NCBI GenBank assembly: GCA_965200315.1
Contig: OZ241362.1
Location: 4,256,001-4,320,000, forward strand
Length of the DNA stretch: 64,000 nucleotides
Reading direction: 5' to 3'
From: Candidatus Latescibacterota bacterium
GTDB taxonomy: Bacteria > Latescibacterota > UBA2968 > UBA8231
Under the pieces are notes generated by a model. That model saw only the letters and a program-made list of their open reading frames with translations, was not told the origin of the DNA and searched no databases. This document shows positions 58,652-64,000 of the stretch, piece by piece (positions within the stretch are counted from its first letter, which is position 1; every line of letters begins with the position of its first letter). Both the position numbers and the translations under genes were made by a program.

Positions 58652-60847
58652 TCAAAACCGCCAAGGAATAGTGGCGAAAAAATTTTTGATCTCCTCGTAG
58701 CGTTCCACTCTCTTTTTAAGTACCTGGAGGTCTTCTTGGCTGCCTTCAAAAGCATCTTTAAGCTCCTTGATATACTTCTTGTGCTGCTTATCAAGGTTAT
58801 CTGCGCCATTATTGAAAGCAGTCAGAGTTTCCTTCCAGAAGGATTCGGAACTCTTCTCAATACTTGAAAGTACGTTCTTCTCATCAAACAAGCCTTTGAT
58901 TTTTTTGGCCAAACGTAGTTGCCAACTGTCTCCAAAAAGCATTTTAATAAACACTCCCACCGCAACGGCTACCCCGAGTGCCAAGATAATTGGTCCTCCC
59001 AGTGCCGAGACAAGTGCAGCGGCACTAGCCGTACCGCCCGTAGAGATTCCTATAGCAGATAGAGCACCAACTCCCTTTGCGACGATCACATATCCACCAA
59101 GGTTGCCCAAGGTAGCCGCCCAAACACCAAGGGCACCAAGGGTACTAAGCCCCGCTAATCCCCCGATAAATGCCCCCTTTGTATCAAATGGTGTGGAAAA
59201 TTCTTCTTCTATATTCGCATTGTCGAACTTTCTCATTTGCTCATCGTAGCTTTCTACAAATTTCTTAATGATATCGCTAGTCTCATTTACTAATTTCTCC
59301 CGACGACCCGCCGTCTTATATTGAATTTCTTCAAGGACATAAGCAGAGGCATACTTCTGAGCGTCTTTCTTATTTTGATAGCGTCGTTTTATCATCGCCT
59401 CCAGTTCTTCGACCTTCGTTTCTTGTTGAAAAACTGCTCGTATATTTTTCAGATCTTCTTCCTTGAATGCGGTAATTTTCTTTTTTATTCGCGTCACCTC
59501 TTTATTATGGTTCTTCTTTCTTTTAGGTTCCCCCATTTCCAGTCGTTTATAGTAGCTTCTTGCTTCTTGCTTATCTCTCAGAATTTTCTCATATCCGCTG
59601 ATTGCCTGCGCGTAAATGGCTGTTCCCTCCTCCTTAAATTTGAGGATTTCTTTTTCTGCAAGAATCCTCTTAATAGACGGCATTTTTTGCTTCAGCAAGT
59701 CTTTTAGTTCCTTTTCCAGCTTTTTTCGCCTTATGGGATTTTCTTGGTAAAAGCTGAAAAAACGAGCGTCAACATCCTTACTCGATATTAGCCGTCCGTG
59801 ACTGCTTAATTTTTTAAAGAGATTGCCTTCAAGGTGGTTATAGAGTGCCTCACTTCCCCCCTTTAATATCTCATCCTCAAGCTGGGATGTTTTTATACCT
59901 GAATGGGCGTGCGAAGCGATGATGAAAAGATTGCCGAGAATGGGAAAGTTCTCATCAATTGCTCCATAAGGTGGGATGCTGCGTAATAAATAGCTAAGAC
60001 GTGCGAGGTCTCCACCATCGATAAATCCTTGAGCAGGACAAAGATACAATAAAACATCTGCACGACGGCTTAGCCGATCAATAACAGAGGCATTTGTCAT
60101 CGCGTCGTCGTATCCAGGCAAATCTACTAAGACGCACGAGTGGAGCAATGGAGCTTTGATAAAAGCCAAGACGACTCCTTCCTCACTGTTATCCTTTTCA
60201 CCTCTTAGGTGGCCTTTTGTGCGTAGCGTATCCCAACTCCCGGCCAAGACGCGATTATCGGTACAGTACTCTTCCTCGTTCCATCTCTCAGGATCAAAAT
60301 CAGGTCCCATGAGCCACAGATCTTCCTTAAACCATTTGGGCTGGTCAGAGGTATGACGAACAAATGTTGGGTACCTTGTTACTGGACGGTAACCAGTGGG
60401 AAGTTGATCCACTTCTAGGTAGAAATTGCAGAGATGGGACTTCCCCGCATCAAAGTGCCCGGTGAGTACTACCCATGGCTTTTCTTTTAGAGCAATAACA
60501 CGGTCGCGGAACTGCTCAACAGTTGGGCTAACTGATTCATCCGACAGCCCTTCAAGGTGGGGAAATTGGTCAATGTACTGCACCAGTAGATTTAGGTCTT
60601 CTGTGAGAGACCCATATAGACTGCTATCGAAGTCAAAGATCGTTTCTTCTGACTCTGACGGGGGTGGAACAAGCTCGTCAATTGTGCATCCTATGGCTCT
60701 CGCCCACGCTCTCAACAGATTACTAGGAATTTCTCCGTCGGCCTCGTATTTGGATATTTGGGCCTGGGTACTATTAATGCTTTGAGCTAGATCAGCTTGG
60801 GTCAATTTTGCTTCTTTTCTAAGTGCCGCTAAGTCCTTGGCAGACAT
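58652..60847 (-). CDS. XRE-HTH fused dynamin-like GTPase with C-terminal hydrophobic hairpin
   Basis: LTQADLA...TQAQISKYE HTH; GHFDAGKS, PT...PVT, LVDLPG; coiled coil; Gly-rich TM region. Confidence 0.72.
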   Translation of the reverse strand: MSAKDLAALRKEAKLTQADLAQSINSTQAQISKYEADGEIPSNLLRAWARAIGCTIDELVPPPSESEETIFDFDSSLYGSLTEDLNLLVQYIDQFPHLEGLSDESVSPTVEQFRDRVIALKEKPWVVLTGHFDAGKSHLCNFYLEVDQLPTGYRPVTRYPTFVRHTSDQPKWFKEDLWLMGPDFDPERWNEEEYCTDNRVLAGSWDTLRTKGHLRGEKDNSEEGVVLAFIKAPLLHSCVLVDLPGYDDAMTNASVIDRLSRRADVLLYLCPAQGFIDGGDLARLSYLLRSIPPYGAIDENFPILGNLFIIASHAHSGIKTSQLEDEILKGGSEALYNHLEGNLFKKLSSHGRLISSKDVDARFFSFYQENPIRRKKLEKELKDLLKQKMPSIKRILAEKEILKFKEEGTAIYAQAISGYEKILRDKQEARSYYKRLEMGEPKRKKNHNKEVTRIKKKITAFKEEDLKNIRAVFQQETKVEELEAMIKRRYQNKKDAQKYASAYVLEEIQYKTAGRREKLVNETSDIIKKFVESYDEQMRKFDNANIEEEFSTPFDTKGAFIGGLAGLSTLGALGVWAATLGNLGGYVIVAKGVGALSAIGISTGGTASAAALVSALGGPIILALGVAVAVGVFIKMLFGDSWQLRLAKKIKGLFDEKNVLSSIEKSSESFWKETLTAFNNGADNLDKQHKKYIKELKDAFEGSQEDLQVLKKRVERYEEIKNFFATIPWRF

Positions 60848-60904
60848 CAGAAACCTCCTTTATGATTCCTGTGATGTTTTCCGCGATCGAGTTGTTAAGT
60901 TAAG

Positions 60905-61210
60905 TTATCGTTTCGCCAACCCCTTCTGCCGTCCGAGGCGTAGTGTGCGTTTCTGATCCGCCAGCCGTGAGGGATAGGCGGTGATGATGTGCTCGCCGCG
61001 CACCACGACCTTGTGGTTCGCAAGGCGTTCCAGCACTTGTATCTCCCGCTTGCGGATAGCGATCTCGCGGGCGACATCCCGGTTGAGCATAAACCAAGTC
61101 TCGTCGTCGACCTGCATTCCCAACGCGATAATGAGTGAAATATCCCTTTCGCGAATGCCCCGCTGCTGCAGGCGTGTCTCGGCATGGCGGGAATAAGTGA
61201 TATCCGTCAT
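60905..61210 (-). CDS. DUF4258-like small protein
   Basis: SRHAETRLQQRGI...VVV...IITAY. Confidence 0.6.
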   Translation of the reverse strand: MTDITYSRHAETRLQQRGIRERDISLIIALGMQVDDETWFMLNRDVAREIAIRKREIQVLERLANHKVVVRGEHIITAYPSRLADQKRTLRLGRQKGLAKR

Positions 61211-61294
61211 TGAGCATCTTCTCCTTTTTTCATTTAGGAGTTAGTCGTTTGGGATTCAGCCTCTCACTTACTACTCGTTCCTCAAACGCTACGT

Positions 61295-61322
61295 AATATA
61301 CGATCCTAGATATTCGTATCAA
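61295..61322 (-). promoter_or_regulatory. Putative sigma70 promoter with overlapping inverted repeat (operator)
   Basis: Minus strand TTGATA-N16-TATATT; ATACGA-N10-TCGTAT at 61298-61319. Confidence 0.5.
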
Positions 61323-61445
61323 GACTTATTTTATAAATTTTATTCAAAATAAGAATATTTCAAGTTGTAGACAAGCGAATCCAGCATATTTCCCAAAAAA
61401 TTTACTAGACCCGCGATGCAGGCGGTGCTTATGGGTAAATACCTT

Positions 61446-61994
61446 ATGAGCGATACCGATCTTTCATCTCTCGTCATCCGCGCCCAGACCGGCGACCGCG
61501 TAGCCTACGACGGCATAGTCCGCCGCTTCCAAGACATGGCGGTGGGCTACGCGTCTGCATCGTTGGGCGATTTCCACTTGGCTGAAGACGCGGCGCAGGA
61601 GGCCTTTGTCGGGGCCTGGACTGAATTGCCGCGCTTGCGGGAACCGGCGGCCTTTCCGGGGTGGTTCAAGCGGATTGTCTTTATGCGCTGTAGCCGCTTT
61701 TTGCGCCGACGGCATCCGGTGGTGGGACGCGAGATAGAGGAGGTATGGCCGATGGCGACCAGTGATCCGGGGGAGGAACTTGAGTCGCACGACGAGAAGG
61801 CCAAGGTCTTGGGTGCGATTGGGCGGCTGCCCGACCAAGAGCGGATGGCGACGATGCTGTTTTACATTTCGGCCTATTCGCACCAAGAAATCGCCTCGTT
61901 TTTGGGCTTGTCCGCGGCGACGGTCAACAACCGGCTGCGCTCAGCTCGCAAACACCTACGCAAGGAGATGGTGAAGCTTGAATATCATCGCTGA
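61446..61994 (+). CDS. ECF RNA polymerase sigma-70 factor
   Basis: AEDAAQEAF, FPGWF, YSHQEIA...TVNNRL. Confidence 0.88.
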   Translation: MSDTDLSSLVIRAQTGDRVAYDGIVRRFQDMAVGYASASLGDFHLAEDAAQEAFVGAWTELPRLREPAAFPGWFKRIVFMRCSRFLRRRHPVVGREIEEVWPMATSDPGEELESHDEKAKVLGAIGRLPDQERMATMLFYISAYSHQEIASFLGLSAATVNNRLRSARKHLRKEMVKLEYHR

Positions 61995-62039
61995 TAGCGA
62001 ATATATTGACACTTTGTTATCTGATGGATATGTTTGTCC

Positions 62040-62297
62040 ATGTTCACGGTGATGATTGCCAAGGAGGCAAGGCGGCGGCTCCGTGCGATGCCAAACAATG
62101 TGGAGAGAACAATTATCAGCAAGATTGAGCAACTGGCCGCCGATCCCTTCGCCGCGAACAACAACGTTACCGCGCTGAAGGGAAGCGCGGGATTTCGGCT
62201 CCGAGTCGGCGATTGGCGGGTGCTATACGTCCTAGATTTGGAAGCTGAAACCATTACCATCGCTGCCATCCTGCCACGTGGAGAAGCCTACCGATGA
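62040..62297 (+). CDS. RelE/ParE family toxin
   Basis: LKG...FRLRVGDWRVLY...RGEAYR. Confidence 0.88.
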   Translation: MFTVMIAKEARRRLRAMPNNVERTIISKIEQLAADPFAANNNVTALKGSAGFRLRVGDWRVLYVLDLEAETITIAAILPRGEAYR

Positions 62298-62662
62298 CCA
62301 GTGCCCCTCAGATCGTCGTCTTGGCCGGCGAGGAATATGCTATCGTCCCTCGCGCCGAATACGATGCACTGCGCACCGCCGTTGACGAAGACGCTATGGA
62401 TGCCGCTATCATCCAGCACGTTCTCGATGACCCGGATCAGGAACTCGTGCCTCTCGAACTCGCCAAGCGCATCGCCGACGGAGAACATCCGGTCCGGGCG
62501 TGGCGCGAGTATCGCGGCATGAAGGCCAGTGAACTGGCCGCTGCCGCCAATATCGCGGCCTCTTATTTGTCCGATATTGAGCACGGGAAGAAGCCCGGAT
62601 CGATCAAAGCAATGAAGCGCATCGCGACGACGCTCAACCTCACAGTGGACGATTTGATTTAG
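62294..62662 (+). CDS. XRE-HTH antitoxin (HigA-like)
   Basis: ATGA overlap with toxin; VRAWREYRG...YLSDIEHGKK. Confidence 0.85.
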   Translation: MTSAPQIVVLAGEEYAIVPRAEYDALRTAVDEDAMDAAIIQHVLDDPDQELVPLELAKRIADGEHPVRAWREYRGMKASELAAAANIAASYLSDIEHGKKPGSIKAMKRIATTLNLTVDDLI

Positions 62663-62698
62663 TTTCGATCCGCTCCCCTGCCGAAACGAGGAATAAAT

Positions 62699-62950
62699 AT
62701 GGAAGAGCAGACTGGTGTAATCATCGAGCAGGGGCCGGCGGATTGGCAGATTGTGCAGCAGGACGGGTGCGGGAACTGGCAGGCTGTGCCGACCGAGGAA
62801 AATGGTACTTGGAAGGGTGCTTTGGAACACATACCGGCGGGCGGGCTTTATCGGCTGGAGACGCGGTTGCGGACCGCGGACAACCCGGCTGGAGAGTGGT
62901 CGCCGCGAGGAGATATGCGGCACTTTTTGGGCGTAGGCGGCTGGTCTTAA
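62699..62950 (+). pseudogene. Truncated N-terminal fragment, probably of a sialate O-acetylesterase-like protein
   Basis: WQIVQQD...IPAGGLYRLE...HFLGVG, ending just where a DLW..AGQSN motif would be expected. Confidence 0.45.
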
Positions 62951-63094
62951 AGCGGCCCTTGCAAGGGGCGGCTACGGCAAGGCCCCGGCGACCGTGCCGG
63001 CCGATATGGAACGCTTTTTGCCGATGTTGGGCTTCTGGGGTGTGGAGATCGTCTGATCTAAAAACACCACATGCTGCCGCGCCTGCTAGTGCAA

Positions 63095-64000
63095 CTATCC
63101 CTGTACCGGCTGCAGATTGAGCAACACCAACAGCCACACCCGGTGCCAATAGGCGCTGTTGATGTACGGGCTGTGTTCCGAGGGCCAGTTGCGCCAGTAG
63201 GTTTGGTTGTGGGGGATGCGGTGATACCACTGCAAGATCGGAATCGACGGCAACTCGGCGAGCCAGATTTCCATGGCTTGGCGATACAATTGCACTAGCT
63301 GTGGATCGCGCGGCGAGATGGCCGCCATTTGATCGACGATCCGATCATATTCCTCGTTCTGCCAGCGCCAGAAGTACTCGGCGGGCGTGCCGGTTGGCTG
63401 CACGAAGCGGCTGTGGTAGAGGCGCAGCGTAAAATACGGATCGCGCACGCTGCCGCCGTGCCCGTTGATAAAGGAGCGGGCCGTGCCGTGCGCCATGCGG
63501 GTATAGGTGTCTGGGGTGTTGCGGAAGTCCGCGTCAAAACCCGCTTGCTCTAGCTGGGCGACTAAGACCGGCGTGATGTCTTGGAAAATCGGCGAGATGT
63601 CGATGACCATCTTAAACGGCTCGCCATCCTTAGTCCAATAGCCGCCTTCGGGCCGCTGCCAACCCATTTTCTTCATCAGCGCGGTGCTCTTGGCTAGGTC
63701 AAAGACCCCGATCTCGTATTGCTCTAGCAGATCTTCGACCTCGCTGAAGTACGGTCGGAGCGCCGGATACGCGGGAAAGGGCAGGAGCGTCGAGGTGCCC
63801 GCGCCTTGCCAGCCGATCTCCACGAGCTGATCGCGGTTGATGGCGTAGTTGATAGCGCGGCGCACGTTCACGTCTGAGAAGGGAGCCTCTAGGTTGTTAA
63901 AGCCCAGCGAAATGGGCCAAAAATCCACGTAGCCATACGGCGTTGCCCGCCCGGTCCACGTCGTCACTTGGGGGTTGCGGTCGAGTACGGTCTGGATGTT
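63095..64000 (-). CDS. ABC transporter peptide/oligosaccharide substrate-binding protein (family 5), 5' partial
   Basis: PFSDVNVRRAINYAINR, ELPSIP; frame open to window edge. Confidence 0.85.
   Translation of the reverse strand, partial: NIQTVLDRNPQVTTWTGRATPYGYVDFWPISLGFNNLEAPFSDVNVRRAINYAINRDQLVEIGWQGAGTSTLLPFPAYPALRPYFSEVEDLLEQYEIGVFDLAKSTALMKKMGWQRPEGGYWTKDGEPFKMVIDISPIFQDITPVLVAQLEQAGFDADFRNTPDTYTRMAHGTARSFINGHGGSVRDPYFTLRLYHSRFVQPTGTPAEYFWRWQNEEYDRIVDQMAAISPRDPQLVQLYRQAMEIWLAELPSIPILQWYHRIPHNQTYWRNWPSEHSPYINSAYWHRVWLLVLLNLQPVQG

Noticed and set aside
1-64000. CRISPR array, tRNA or rRNA genes
   Set aside because: No regularly spaced repeats or recognisable structural RNA genes seen by eye; a covariance search was not possible.

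Overview
GC-rich bacterial DNA. The gene mix (five PhyH-family dioxygenases, Gfo/Idh/MocA and aldo-keto reductases, a CotH/lamin-tail/FlgD-Ig protein, LptE, a TonB receptor) suggests a diderm FCB/PVC-type heterotroph such as a Latescibacterota/Poribacteria-like symbiont; this is inference only. The region 1-43.5 kb is mostly catabolic and transport genes. It includes a TPP riboswitch-TonB receptor-thiN unit, two DUF2089 envelope-stress-like operons, a likely CxxU selenoprotein (41035-41637), a TIGR04255 three-gene cassette bracketed by a duplicated thiN 3' end, a small MITE-like repeat family and several gene remnants. The main feature is a 13-kb co-oriented defence island (43535-56308). It carries an SspABCD-type phosphorothioation module (cysteine desulfurase, DUF4007, P-loop ATPase, PAPS reductase). 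This is followed by a GIY-YIG-like nuclease, a DGQHR protein, an SF2 helicase, a MORC/GHKL ATPase and a PLD nuclease, rather than a recognisable SspE or DndFGH. Further right are an IS701 remnant, an XRE-HTH-dynamin-like GTPase fusion operon and a RelE/XRE toxin-antitoxin pair. All family calls come from motif reading, not database searches.
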